This document shows positions 31,630-48,768 of a DNA stretch of 64,000 bases, piece by piece. The DNA comes from the human T2T-CHM13v2.0 reference genome, Homo sapiens. Each line of letters begins with the position of its first letter. Position 1 is the stretch's first letter. The translations under genes were made by a program, and so were the position numbers. The notes under the pieces are model-generated. The model saw only the letters and a list, made by a program, of their open reading frames with translations. It was not told the origin of the DNA and searched no databases. The stretch is taken from NCBI RefSeq assembly GCF_009914755.1, contig NC_060933.1; one strand, given 5' to 3'.

Positions 31630-32732
31630 TCTTTTGTTAATTTTTAATTTTTGTGAATACATAGTAGGTATCTATATTTTTATGTGAAATATGTTGATAC
31701 TGGCATGTAATGGATAATAATCCCTTCAGGGTATGTAGAGCACCCATCCCATCAAGCATTTATCCTTTGTTTTACAAACAATCTAACTATACTCTTTTAG
31801 CTATCTTAAAATGTACGATTAAATTATTATTTACTATAGTCACTCTGTAGTGCTAGCAAATAATGGATCTTTTCATCCTTTCTAGTTTTTGTACCCATTA
31901 GCCATTCCAACTTCCCCCCAACCCCTCCCCAACTACCCTTCCCAGACTCTTGTAACAATCCTACTCTCTATCTCCATGAATTCAATTGTTTTAATTTTTA
32001 GCTTCCATAAATAAGCAAGGACATGAGAAGTGTGTCTTTTTGTGCATAGCTTATTTCACTTAACATAATGACCTCCAGTTCCATCCATGTTATTGCGACC
32101 GACAGAATATCATTTTGAATAGTGTTCCCTTTTGTATATATACCACGTTTTCTTTATCCGTTCATCTGCTAATGGACACTTAGGTTGCTTACAAACCTTG
32201 GCTATTGTGAACAGTGCTGGAAGAAATATGGGAATACAGATGTCTTTATCATATACTGATTTCCTTAATTTGGGGTATATGCCCAGCAGTGGGGTTGCTG
32301 TATCTTATGGTAGCTCTATTTTTAGTTTTTTTGAGGAACCTCCAAATTGTTCTTCTTAGTGGTTGTACTAATTTACATTCCCACCAACAGTGTAGTAGGG
32401 TTCCCTTTTCTCTACATCCTCATTGGCATTCACTGGTGCCTATCTTTGGGATAAAAGCCATTTTAACTGGGGTGAGATGATATCTCATTGCAGTCTTGAT
32501 TTGTATTTCTCTGCTGATCAATGATGTTGAGCAACTTTTTAGATATCTGTTTGCCATTTGTATTTTTTAGTTTGACAAAGGTCTGAATAAACATTTGTCC
32601 ATTTTTAAATCAGATTTTTTTCTATAGAGTCATCTGAGCTCCTTATATATTCTGGTTATTAACCCCTTGTCAGATGGACTGTTTGCAAATATTTTGTCCT
32701 ATTCTGTGGGCTGTGTGTTTACTTCGTTGACT
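31630..32732 (-). mobile_element. L1MA1/2-like 3' portion
   Basis: T-rich tail, TCAAGCATTTATCCTTTGTTTTACAAACAATC 3'UTR motif, then antisense ORF2 C-terminus. Confidence 0.9.
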
Positions 32733-33067
32733 TCAATTATTAAATTAAGAAGCTGAGATCTACCTAATCACTCACACCCAGCAGATTTAACTGACCTTAA
32801 AGTTCATATCATTAATTAACAGTACTAAAAGTTACATAAAACCATGAGAGAAAACAACTTGGGGGAATTAGACAAAGGGACAGTATTCTTAAGAATATAT
32901 TATTTGTTCTTCACTGATGTTTTCCTAGTACTGATAGGGAACAAAATAAAGGGTAGGATATATTAATAGAGTGGGACTTTAAGTATTAATCGTCTCTCAG
33001 ATTCAAGTTACAAAATAAATACACTCTAATTGCTTTGTTGACAAATTCATCACAGAAGGTATAGACG

Positions 33068-33250
33068 AATGCTTCTCAATTCTGGAAGCACATTAGAATC
33101 ACACAAGGAGTATTAAAAAAATTACCCTTGTCTACGATCCTATCCCCTGAGAGATACCGATTTACCTGGTCCATTATAGAGTTTTGACATCATTATGTTT
33201 TTAAAGCTCCTCAGGAGATTCTAGTGTACAGAGTTGAGAACCACTGCTAT
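33068..33250. mobile_element. MER5A/B-like hAT-Charlie fossil
   Basis: TTCTCAA...CACATTAGAATCAC...TTTTTAAAGCTCCTCAGGAGATTCTAGTGTACAGAGTTGAGAACCACTG. Confidence 0.8.
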
Positions 33251-34807
33251 ATAGAAACCAATAAGAAGAAAATCGAGCTTAATTTTTTTTAAAAAAATAG
33301 TGTGCTATTGTGAAAGAGGTCCCAAGCAAGAGAAAAGAAAACAAACATTTCATGGTGAGAAAAGAAAGCCAACATGCAAATTAGCAAAGAGAGGGATTTT
33401 CAAGTAAATTTTGTCAAATTAAGGAAAACCTATTAAAAAGATGAAGAAGAAAAATAATCTTCCTATGGCCAGAAAATTAAAAGGAATTAAGACTACATTA
33501 GAGAAATTGTAACTATATAAATAATAAAAATATAAGGAGAAAGAACATATAAAATTTTTGATAAATCCAAATTTAAGCAGTATACATGAGTTATGAAGGA
33601 GAGACTTTACAGAGAACCCAAGAATCACATAAATATGTTATTATAATTAATTTAGCTATTTGCAAATTTAAAATTAGTATTAATCTCTATACACAATAAG
33701 GTAAAAAAGTTGACTCCACAAGACACAATTTTCACCCAACTATTTGATTAAAGGTCAGATGTTCTCATAAGTTCTGCCAGCTTTAATATTTTTTTGCAAG
33801 CAAGTTAGTGGAAAAATACAGAATAAATAGAGTACCTATCAAATTCAAAGACCCCATTGCCTAAGCAGGCTAAAAACGAAACACTGTGCATGCACACACA
33901 TACATACACAGATACAAAAACTGTAATATATGTAAGCATTTCAAAAATGTAGGTATGTATCTTATACTGTTGCATGTACTTATCTAGCAAAGAAACCAGT
34001 TGACCCATAAAATATCCATTTAGTTTTCAGATAATAATATAATACATTAATAGTAATAGAATCACTGAATCTTAGAGTCCGAAGATAATTTATATGGTTA
34101 ATTCCTTCTCTAAAACATTCTAACATATTGATAGCAATCCCTCTAAAACATACATAGCAGAAAGCCATAGATTCAGTATCTGTATTCTTTCCATTGCATT
34201 GTCCATCAACTTATAAATTGTTTTTGCTTTATTTTGAAAACTTTAATCATTGATAATCCTTGTTTTCCTTTAGAATGTCAATTTTCTTTTTGAACTATGG
34301 TTACCACAACTCGGTCCAATACTCCCATTTTTGTCTCTCCAATGTATGATGATTTACAGAATTAAAAGAATGGTTATCTGGAGAGTGAACAGTGAAGAAT
34401 TCATTGAGACACAGCTGCAATACAAAAAAAAAAAACAAAAAAAACAAAAAAAAACACCATTTTTTTCCCAGAAAAGTTTGGAAAATTTAATAATTAAGTG
34501 AATAAATTATGGTCACTTTGTCGTGATCATCAATATTACTAAACAAGCCATGTATATAGCAAAAGAAGGTTCGTTTTTAAGATTATAAGTTAGAGTTCAA
34601 AGTGATTTAATTTTCAATGGTAATAAATACCTTAATATTATCTACCAAAAATATTGAATAATATCCAAATAATCAAGTCAATTTTTTTATTTTTAGAATT
34701 AAGATTTCTAATAGTACCTAAAGGGATTTAAAATGTTTAATTGGAGAAGAGAGGGGCAGGATATATAGAAAAAGATATTTAACCTAATTATTTTGGGTAC
34801 TTTATCT

Positions 34808-35435
<628 letters not shown>

Positions 35436-35864
35436 CGGTAACTATTGCTGTAACAGGTGTGATATATGCATCGAACTCTCTCCTATCTACATGTACACAA
35501 ACAGTCTTAAAATGAACATCACTGCAAGCCAGTATTATGATTAATAGTTAATTTGACTCTCTAGACTTTTTATTTAAATATCTAGATAAAATCCACCCAC
35601 AGCTCCAAGTGACAGAACACTTCGGTTTACTCTGCTTAGTAGGCTTCTGTATAGACTTAATTTCCATGCAAATGAAAGTAATTTTGATTGCCACATGGTA
35701 TTATTGCCTCAGAAACGATGGACATTTAGAAACTTTTGGTGCAAGTTTCCAAAGATAAGAGCTTGGAAGCAGAAGGGAGAGCCATATCAATTCAGAGTGT
35801 AACAGCAATATCAAGATAAATTTGTTTGGAACTTTGATTTTACATAGCAACTCTTCCGAATTCG

Positions 35865-36037
35865 TCAATTGCACAACCCTATGAGGTAAACAGGACACTT
35901 CCTTTTATCAGCATTTTATAGAGAAAGAAACTGAGATTCAGAAAAAATAAAATTACTTCTCCACAGGCATAAAGCTAATTACTAAAGAATTACGTACTAA
36001 AATCTGTGTCTTCTTATTCCTAATTCATGTCCTTTTT
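35865..36037 (-). mobile_element. MIR remnant
   Basis: ACAACCCTATGAGGTA...CATTTTATAGAGAAAGAAACTGAGATTCAGA, the reverse MIR core. Confidence 0.75.
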
Positions 36038-37677
36038 CAATTCATTTACCTGACTACCCCACATGCCTTCTCCCTGCCAAGATGAAATTATCTCTTACTA
36101 TTATATTAGGAGATGGATGTGCACCTGTCTGTTAATGTTAACAGAGGAAAGGGGTTGCTGAGTGTCTATAAAGCTGACTTGTAACACTGGTGTATCTGCT
36201 ACAACATTGGCTCTACATACATATCAAGCAATTTTGAACTGCTCAAACACCATGCCAATCTTAATGCAAGAGCTGTCATAGCCAGAGATTCTAGGATACC
36301 ATCAGAAATTGCAGTCTTGCAAAAGAAAAAAGGCAAAACCTTAAAGTGAACAGGCTTCAAGTTCGGGTAGCAAGTAATATGTCTGCTACAAGGATATACA
36401 TATCCTCCACGCTGTGATTTCTCAATATGATTAAGGTAGTCTAATTCAAATTCATTCAGCTTATCTGAGGTATTGCAAAAGTGCTGTTGCAGTCACTGGT
36501 GACAGTATTCCCAAAGAGAGGCAATTAGACTTCACTAGATTTAAAGTTTAGGTCTCATTATATATGATATTTTCAGCTGGTACACATATTGTAGTTTTCA
36601 TGAAAGAGCTGCATAAAACAAGGGTTCCTGTTTGAGCTCCACTGATCCTTTAAGAATGCTGACTGCCAAACTGCCAATTGTGTTCTCAAAGAATAGACAT
36701 ATCAGCCACTGAGTCAAACAGCTACGAAGCTCTCACCTGTCAACAGTGGGTAATCAAGAAACAACTGAAAGATATACCTTCAGAATGCCAGAATAAAGTG
36801 TTAGGAAACATCGGATTGCTATAAAACTTTCCCTCCTGTAGTCACCAGGCATACCATGGGTTAAAGCAAGCATGCTCCAAAGCCACATCTTTCTCCACAT
36901 CTTTCTTGAACAGCAACAACAAAAAGTTAAAAAAAAAAAAACTGCAGATTAAACCCAGCTATAGTTCCATGTTATCAAAGAAATACTATTTTAAGTGAGT
37001 ATATGTCATTGCTATTGAGGAAAAAGCATGTACATCTAGCATAGAAGCCAACAGGAAATTATTCATAATAGAATTATGTTTTACATAACACTTTAACTTA
37101 AATTTTAAGCAATATTTAATTAGATATATCAATACATAAGCAGAAAAATAATCAATAAGTAGAAGGTGTATGAAAAGATGAGGGAGTCAATTCAGTGATC
37201 ATAGTCTTGAGGTATGTCAGCTATAATGATCATTTTACTCACATTTCTCCCAAGATGGTGAACATAAATATCATTGAATCAAGGTACTATTTAAAAGAGA
37301 AATAGATGGTATGAAGGTTATTGATTGCAAGTGGCAATGTTTTTCTAATACATATTTCATAGAAGAATGTAAAGATTCTCTATGAATCCAGAAGAACAGA
37401 TGGGTAAGGGGAAATGGATACTTTTAAAGCTTCAAGATTTTTTTTATCACTTTTAAAAAACATTTTGAGATAATTTTAGCTTTATAAAAGATGTGCAAAA
37501 ATAGTATGAAGAATTACCATATACCTGTTCCCCAAATTCTCCATATACATCTTTTATAAAAATAGGACATTTGTCAAATTGAAAAGTAACCTTGGTACCA
37601 TACTATTAGCCAAAGTAGAGAACTTTGATTTCATCAGTTTTTCCATTAATGTACTTGTATTCAAAATCATGATTTCG

Positions 37678-37872
37678 ACTAATTTATGTACATTTTAAAA
37701 TAACTAAAATAGTATAATTGGATTGTTTGTAGCACAAAGAAAGGATAAATGCTTGAGATGATTGGTACCCCACTTACCATGATGTGATTATTATGCATTG
37801 TATACCTATATCTCATGTACCATATAAATATACACACCTACTATGTATTCACACAAATTAAAAATAAAAAAA
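37678..37872 (+). mobile_element. L1MA1/2-like extreme 3' end
   Basis: GTATAATTGGATTGTTTGTAGCACAAAGAAAGGATAAATGCTTGAG...CACACAAATTAAAAATAAAAAA. Confidence 0.85.
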
Positions 37873-38140
37873 TTATATTATTGTTGCTCCAAGATCTAAT
37901 CCAGACTACTACAATCTATTTAGTTGTCAGGGAGCCACAGTTTCCTGCAATCAGTGACATTTCTTCAGTTTATCTTTCATGGCCTTCACTCTGTTAAAGA
38001 ACACTGTCAATTATATTTTAGAATGTATTTTTGTAACGTACTTCAATTTGGGTTTGCGTGATATTTCCTTATGATTAGACTAAAATTAGACATTTTTGGG
38101 AAGTCATCCACAGAGATAATGTACCCTTCTCTGTGCATTA

Positions 38141-40209
<2,069 letters not shown>

Positions 40210-40710
40210 TAAATTGGAGGCATATAATGTCGATATGTGTTTTTAGTGATACTAACTTTGAACCCATGGCTAAAGGAAATACCTGCTATGATTCTCCACT
40301 GTAAATTTATTATTTTTTCCTTTGTAATTATAAAATATTTAGGGGGATATAATAAATATCTATGCACATATTATATATGCAGGTAAACTTTGACCTACTT
40401 ATATGAAGATCCATAGGAGGAATTTGCCTGCAACTCCATATTAAAAATCATTGCAGGATAATGTGGTGTAATAATGATTTCTATTTTCCTCATTCATCCT
40501 TCAGTTTTAATTGAGGTTCCTCTGTGTAGTAATTTATTTGCCATTTGTTTATTTCTTCAGTTGTTTATAATACTCATATTTGATTCATAGATATGGATTT
40601 TATTCTTTGGAATCTAATCTTATGTTACGGTTATTTTACTCCTCTTGTTGTTTCAGCTTCATCCATTAGGTACTCTTTCATGTTGGCTCCTGTGCCCTTT
40701 TGATTGATCC

Positions 40711-40755
<45 letters not shown>
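40711..40755. repeat. (ATCT)n / GATA tetranucleotide STR
   Basis: About 11 perfect units. Confidence 0.95.
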
Positions 40756-41804
40756 ATGATCATTATAGCTGACTTACCTATAATAAATATATTTACATTT
40801 AATAAATATTATATATATATATATATTTTACTCACTTACTTACTTTCTGGCATCACAAGATTCTCCAGGTACATTTGGTGTTTTTTAATGCCCTCACTCA
40901 CCTTGCATTGTCTCTACTGCACTCTTAAGATTGACTGTATGTCCAAGGAGCCCTGGTTCCATGATACAGAGGACAGTATTTCAAAACCAAGATCTGGATG
41001 CTACTATGTTCCTTGTTATTAGAATGTTACAATTTCTAGCACCTATTAGGATATGGAGCTAAGATATATATGCATGTATACCAACTCATATATATACAGG
41101 TATATATTTATTCCTCTATTTATCTGTATATAAGTTTTAAAACTATAATTCCATTTCAGTACCTCCAATGCCAATGAGCATCACGAGGTTCACTCTAGTA
41201 TTCCTATTTCCTTATTGGTAGCTGCTTTCTACAACAGAAAGAATTCGAGTTCTTATGATATAATATATTTAATACTTTGCTCAGCTCTAGTATACATATA
41301 AATTAATTTCAGAATTTCAACCAGTAACCCTTTAAGGATCAAAATTATCAACTAGAGTACAGTGTTTGGGAACTGTTTCTTTGTATTTGGCCTTAGAATA
41401 TGAAGTCAAATGTCAATTTGCCAAAGTTGCTTAGTTTCATTCCTTTCTTTCCCATACCACTCAGTATGGGTCTATGATTCATTGTTAATACAGTTAGAAT
41501 CGTTTTGTCACAGCCTGCACTCCATGTACCCCCTTGACAATCTGATTGATCTTTACAATTCACATACACAAATTTCACTTTTTATAGCACACAGCTTTAT
41601 GGGTTTGAAAACTGAAGTTCACCACTACTGTCACATATAGAACAGTTCCCTCTCCTCAGAAATTTCACTGTGTTATACCTTCCTAAAAGATCCAATGATG
41701 TGTTTTCTTACCTAGTGTTTTCTTTTTTAAAAGCATCATATAAATAGGGATTATGCAAAATGTTGCTTTCGGCATATCGCTTTTTTGTTTGCTTTGCTTT
41801 TTGT

Positions 41805-42270
41805 GTATTTTTAATTTCTAATTTTTATGAATACATATTTGTACACATTTATGGAGTACACATTATATTTTAACATGAGCATGCAAGGTGTAATGATCTT
41901 ATCTGGGTAATGGGGATGTCCATCATTTCAAACATTGATTATTTCTTTGTGTTGGAAACATTCCAAATCTACTCTTCTAGTTATTTTAAAATTTAGAGTA
42001 AATTATTGTTAACTATAGTTGCCCTATTGTGCTACAAAACACTAGTTCTTACCTAACCGCATTTTTGTACCTATTAACCAACCCTTCTTCATCCTTCCCT
42101 CCCCAATATCCTTCCCAGCCTCTGGTAATCACCATTCTATTCACTACCTCCATGAGATGAATACTTTTAGTTCCCACATATGACTGGGAACATAAGACAT
42201 TTGTATTTCTGTGACTGGTTTACTTAATGTAACATAATGTTCTCCACTTCCATCCATGTTATTGTAAATG
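41805..42270 (-). mobile_element. L1MA3-5-like 3' end
   Basis: TTGTACACATTTATGGAGTACA...ATTTCTTTGTGTTGGAAACATTCCAAATCTACTCTTCTAGTTATTTT. Confidence 0.85.
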
Positions 42271-42649
42271 TACTTATGATTCATACATGTTATTGTAAAT
42301 GTACTTATGATTCATACATGTTATTGTGTGAACAACAGTGTATCCTTTTTATCATTGAGAATAATTCCAGTGTATGGAATGGATGTGTATATCAGAGGTT
42401 ATTTACTCATTTCATAGTCGAAGTATGTGTGAGTTATTTACAATTTTTTGGCAATTATGAACTTTCTAAAACCTTCATAGGCAAGTTAATTTGTGTGAAT
42501 ATGTTTCTAATTCTCTCAGATAAATACCTAGGAGTGGGATTGCCAGGTCAGAAGATAGGTGTATCTTTAATGTTACTAGAAACTGCCAAATTGTCTTCCA
42601 AAGCGGTTGTACCACTTTACCTCACCGGCATTTGCTGTTGCCATTTCTC

Positions 42650-42959
42650 TTTATTTATGTATTTACTGAGATGGAGTCTTGATCTGTCACCCAGGCTGTA
42701 GTGCGATGGTGCTATCTTGGCTCACTGCAACTTCTGCCTCCTGGGTTCATGCAATTACCCTGCCTCAGCCTCCTGAGTAGCTAGGACTACAGGTGTGCGC
42801 CACCACACCCTGCTATTTTTTTTTTTTTTTTTTGTATTTTTAGTACAGACAGGATTTCATCATGTTGGTCAGGCTGGTCTTGAACTCCTGACCTCATGAT
42901 CCACCCGCCTAGGCCTCCCAAAGTGCTGAGATTACAGGTGGGAACCACCGCACCTGGCT
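42650..42959 (-). mobile_element. AluS (Sg-like)
   Basis: Reverse Alu dimer with GAACTCCTGACCTCATGATCC; flanks CCATTTCT on both sides. Confidence 0.93.
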
Positions 42960-43098
42960 ACCATTTCTTTAAAAACTTTTTAGACATTCTATAGTTGTGT
43001 AATGGCATTTCATTTTACGTTATATATCCCTTTACCACATGTCCTTTACTCAACTTCTCCATATACATCTTATAAAACCATGGAACCATATACATATC

Positions 43099-43318
43099 TG
43101 TGTGTGTGTGTGTGTGTGTGTATATATACACACACACATATATATACATATATATATACGTGTATATATATATACGTGTATATATATATACGTGTATATA
43201 TATATACGTGTATATATATATACGTGTGTGTATATATATATATACGTGTGTGTATATATATATATACGTGTGTGTATATATATATGTATATATATATACA
43301 CACACGTATATATATATG
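43099..43318. repeat. Compound (TG)n / (TA)n / (TATATATATACGTG)n repeat
   Basis: About 220 nt of alternating purine-pyrimidine sequence; explains the six overlapping YI/VC-rich ORFs. Confidence 0.95.
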
Positions 43319-44794
43319 AAGTAAAAACTATGATTAGGACTAAGAAACACAGAAAAACCACCATTCAAGAGGTTGCCAGATCAGGCTATAGATGGCATGG
43401 TAATAAGAAGATAGGCTGTTAGATGTAGTTACAAAAAAAGAAGATATTATTTACCTTAACAAAAAAAATCAGTAAAAATTAAAGGATGTCAAGACAAATT
43501 ATACTGATAGAGTAAGTAATGAAATGTCACAAATAGGAAAGAGAGGGAGAGAGAATGTGTGACTACGTGAGTAGAAGATTTCAAGAAACTGTGAAATGAA
43601 TGACGCAATAATCATTGAGAGAAAGTATACTGCCAAGAATGGTGAGTTTGCATAGAATAAAAAATGTTGACCATGGGTAAATGCTAATGGAAAGGGCCGG
43701 AGGAAAGGCTTGAAGATGCTATACAGAGAGATAGTGCTCCTATGATCCATAAGTATGCGGTGGTGGGTTGGGGGGAATGGAGCTTAGACAAATGATTTTT
43801 ATTTAATTTCTACTTTAACAGAAAGCAGCAATCAAAGTTGAACGCACAAGTACCTTCATTTCTCATGGTGAGTCAGGTTTCTATTTTATTTCTGAAGAGA
43901 AAATAGGTCAATTTGTTGAGAGGGAAGGAGGAAATGGAAGAAAGGTTGTGGGTGGAGAGTACAGGACTTTGGTGAGGTTTTGGAGAAAAATACAAGCTAC
44001 CTAATAAAAATCACACAAAAGGTTTGATAAGCACATTAAGGACCAACCTAAGGTTGCAAACCAGGGTTTAGAGTATTAAAGTATAACTAGAGAAGACAAA
44101 TATTTGATCTTTTTATTGCACTGGAGTTGAAACTGTCCCTGTGGTAGAAAGGAAAGAAAAAAAAATAATTTAAGGGTACTGTCAAGAGGACTGAAATTAC
44201 TTATCATGAGATCTAGGATAGATATTATTTAAATAAATGAAAGAACTACCAGTTTGGAAGAAAAATGAACAGAATTGTACTGATTTTTGTGTTATCAGAG
44301 CCAAAGACAACCTGGTGAAAAATAGCTGAGGAGAAGATGATCTTCAGTTAACATTATTGAAGGATAGAAAATGGTACCAGTATTTTGTTTTTGTTTTTCT
44401 TTTTGTCACTGTTATTATTTGGTTTTATGATTGTGTGTGTATGTGTGTGTGTGTGTGTGTGATTTAATGAAGCGTTTATTTTAAAAATGTTGTTTGGAAG
44501 TTATATAAGGATAATGTCTAAACTGTAGTTACCAGTATGAGGAATATCAGTATATCAGTGAATGACTATAAGTGCAACAGGACAAGCAGTTTTTCTTGTG
44601 AGACACTCAGCTGTTAGTTTAGGAGGAAGTTAAACAATTTGGATGTGGTTAAGAGTGTTTACTATGGAATGGAATTTCAAAAATACAATGAAAATATTTT
44701 AAAGTGAGAGAAGAAATTGGGAGTGGGAAGAATCATCAAAGAAGAGCAATGGCAATTGCAAGCATACAGGAAATAAGGAACAGGTAGATAAGTT

Positions 44795-45132
44795 AGTCAT
44801 TAGAGCTGGTTACCAAATCAATTCCGCTTTTTCTGGGAACATGGTAAGATTGTAATTTTCATCTCCTTTGAAGTTGGGCATGTCCAAGTGATTTGACTTG
44901 GCTAATGTAATGTGAGGGAAGGTGATGTGTGTCACTTCCTGGTGAATACTTTGAAAGTCAGGGCCTGATTTGCCAAGTCTCTATCTCACTGTGGCAGTAG
45001 TCAATGATTAGGGCCTCCCTGGCAACTCACATTGGACACACAGTGCAAAAGAAATTTTTAAAACTGTGTCAAATCACTGATCACTGGGGATTCTTTTTAA
45101 ATTCAGCATAACCTAGGCCTCCTGACTGAAAA
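44795..45132 (+). mobile_element. MaLR solo LTR (MLT1I/J-like)
   Basis: CCTTTGAAGTTGGGCATG...TGGCTAATGTAATGTGAG...GTGATGTGTGTCACTTCCTGG...CAGCATAACCTAGGCCTCCTGACTGA. Confidence 0.78.
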
Positions 45133-46809
45133 ATGAGCAAGATACCAGGATGAGCCATGGTATTCTCAGGGTTCCAAGCAATGCAAAACCGTGGAAATAA
45201 AGTTACTTCAAAGAAGGCACACAGATGGAGAATCAAATGACAATGACTTGACAATGCTTACTGTTCCCTTATGTGTAAGCTTTGTAGATCAGTATTACAC
45301 TACATTAATGTCAATTCATATCAGCTAACAAATCCAATCTACATTTTAAATCAATTATTCATATGGAACAAGTGAGTAAAGGTCAGTTTATAACTTGGAT
45401 AACATATTTATAAAATGAATAATCAACTACCAATCAATAAATACAAATTTATACATAGATACATATATTTACTTGTTCATTTTTGTACAAGTATAGATAC
45501 TTCTAAACTCTGCATATTTAATTTTTCTTTTATGTATTTTTTTTTATAAACTCTTCTTTGGGGAGCAAAATCAAAATTTTAAGAATTACAATTACATTTA
45601 GAACTTTGATTGATAAAATATGATATGATCATTAGCAGTCTTTAACATTCATAATTTGAGCATTTAATCATATATAGTATATATACACCATAGTTTGTTA
45701 TAGACATATATAGTTATATATATAAAATAAACTTTTTTATAAATAGGAAGGTGATTTGATTTTCTCTTAGGCAATGAATATTTTTTATTTTATTGCAGTA
45801 AATATTCAAATTATTTCCAAATTGCACTTATTTTTTCTGTATTATTCATGGTTTTGGAATTCAGTAACTTTTCAAGAACTTTTATTTGAATAGTTAACCA
45901 AGTGACTTTTTTTTCCTCTTGAGAATTTAAAGTTAAAAAAGGAATGCAAAACAAACATATTCTTTATTGTATTATACAGACTAGATAAATTTACGTATAA
46001 GCAAGATAGTTTGTTGTTGATGTATCCAGATTTAATAGGCATCACAGTGGTCCCAAAATGTATCCACATGGTTCTTTAAAAAGTATGAATTTCTACTACT
46101 AGAAACATACATGTTTACATAGTAGTTCACCATTAAAAAGAAACTATTTTTTAAAAATGCAAATGCTTCTGGGAACCAGGGTAAAAAGATGGATTAAATT
46201 AATTCATATAAAATTGTTGATGATTTTTATCAGATTCAATTGTTTTCTGAAGAGGAAAAAAGAGAGATTGTTAGTACTTAAAAAGTAATGTAATAAAATC
46301 ACCTAAAAATTGACAAAATAAGAATAAAGCTTTGCTACATATAATATTATCCCACCCACAATTTCTCAATCTGTATCTAATTTATAGGCCTTTTAAGACA
46401 AAAGCCAGTTTCCCATACCAACTTTCTAACACAGCACCAAACACACTGGCAAGTATAACTTCAACAGATTCTTGCTGCTAATGGTAATGTATTCTTCTCA
46501 GACACCAATTCTCATGAACTATGAGAAAAGAAGAGAAATATAAATTTTTTATGCTCCATGTCTTTTGAAAAATGCTAAATACTGAAGTTACTGGATATCT
46601 AATGATAAAGCCTTTGTGGTCCACAATCAAAACTATAGACTACTTGGTCTTTTATTACCATAAAAGGGCAACGCCATTTGGCGATATACACTATTGCTAG
46701 CTTGAAGAACAAGAAAAAGTACAACATAGGAGCTATGATCTTATGAATAATGTTTAAATTTTTTCTTCATAGTTTCAGCATATTTTATTTTAGGCCCAAG
46801 TAATATTTT

Positions 46810-48768
46810 TACATTTTTATTGTTTTAATTTTTATTTAAAAAATTGTAGTAAGAATACTTAATATAAGATCTACCTTCTTAACAGATTTTTAAAAGTACA
46901 ATACAGTCTTGTTAACTCTAGGCATGATATTTCACAGCAAATCTCTAGAACTTATTCATCTTGGCTAACTTAAATTATATACCTGCTGAATAGTAACTCC
47001 CTATTTCTCTTTCACTCAGACCCCAGCAACCACCATGCTACTCACTGCTTCTATTAGTTTGATTATTTTTCATACCTTGGAATCATGCAGTATTTCTCCT
47101 TCGTTGACTGTCTTATTTTACCTAGCATAATATCCTCAAGGCTCATCCATGTTGTCACATATGGCAGAATTTTCTTTTTTATGGCTGAGTAAGATTCCTT
47201 TGTATGGATATACTACATTTTACTCATCCATTCATCTGTGGACATTTAGGTTGTTTCCACATGTTTGTTATTGTGAATAGAGATGCAGTGTACATGGTAG
47301 TGCTAATACCTTTTTTAAGATATTTATTGAAATTATTTTGAACAAATATCCAAAAATAGGATTGATGGGTCATATGGTAGCTCTATTTTTTATTTTTTGA
47401 AAAACTTCCACAATATTTTCCACAGTTGTTTCACATTTTATATTCCTACTAACAGCGTTCAAGGGTTCCAATTTTTCTATATCCTGATCAACACTTGTCT
47501 TTTTTTAAAAAAAATAATAGTCATCCTAACTGGCATGAGGTGATATCTCATTGTGGTTTTGATTTGCACTTCTTGACAATTAGTGATGTTGAGCACATTC
47601 TTATATATCTGTTAGCCATTTTTATGTCTTCTTTGGAGAAATCTCTACTTAAGCCCTTAGCTCATTTTTTAATGAGGTTATTAGATTTTTGGAAATGAGC
47701 TGTAGGAGTTCCTTATGTATATTAAAAATTAAACCTTTATCAGATATATGGTTTGCAAATATTTTCTCCAACTCCTTAGGTTTCCTTTTCACTCTGTTGA
47801 TTGCTCTCTTTGCTGTGTAAAAGGTTTTTAGTTTTATGTAGACATACTTGTTTATTTTCTCTTAATTTGCCTGTGCTTTTAGAGTCATATCCATGAAATC
47901 ACTGACAAGGCTAATATCATGAAGCTTTTACTCTGTGTTTTCTTTTAGGAGTTTTAGAGTTTCAAGTCTCATGTTCAACCCTTTAATTCCTTTTCAGTTT
48001 ATTGCTGTGTCTTTTGTAAGATAAGGGTCCAATTTTATTATTTTGCATTTGAATATCTAGTTTTCCCAGCACCATTTGCTGAAGAAACTATTATTTTCCA
48101 ATCTTGTATGCTTGGTAACCTTGTGAAAGGTCAGTTGACCAATCATGCGTGCTTTCACTTCTGGATTTGCTATTCTATTTCATTGGCCTATATGTGTCTT
48201 TATGTTTGTACCATACTGTTTTAATTACTGTAGCTTTGTCATATATTTTGAAATCAGGAATTTCAATGCTTTCAATTTTGTTCTTTCTTAAGGTTATTTT
48301 GTGGATTCAGGGTCATTTGTAATTCCACAAGAAATTTTAGATTTTTTTTCTATTTCATTAAGAAATGCCATTTGAATTTTGACAGATATTGCACTGAATC
48401 TGTAGATAATTTTAGGTAGTATAGACATGTAAACAGTATCCAGTATCCCAATTCATGAACATGGGATGTATCTCCATTTGTTTGTGTGATTTGATTTTTT
48501 TCATCAGTGTTTTGTATTTTTCAGTGTACAAGTTTCTTACCTCCTCAGTTAAGTTTATTCCTAAGTGATTATTTCTTATAGGTGCTATGGTAAATGGGAT
48601 TGTTTTCATAATAAATTTTGCAGATAGTTTTCTGTTAGTGTATCAACAATGCAACTGATTTTTGCATGTTGATTTTATTTACTAAAATTTTACTCAATTT
48701 GTTTATTATTTCTAGAAGTATTTTTTGTGGACTCTAGGGTTTTCTACACATAAGATCATGTCATTTGC
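46810..48768 (-). mobile_element. L1MA9/L1MB-like element, RT region to 3'UTR
   Basis: GTAAGAATACTTAATATAAGATCTACC 3'UTR motif; minus ORF 48412-48609 IPFTIA...LGINLTEEV; ends at TAAGATCATGTCATTTGCA (FADD-region codons). Confidence 0.88.

Noticed and set aside
43002-43422. Six overlapping ORFs rich in Y/I/V/C/T/H
   Set aside because: They are translations of a dinucleotide repeat that lacks stop codons.
43330-44790. Purine-rich stretch, possibly ancient antisense L2
   Set aside because: Too diverged to identify by eye.
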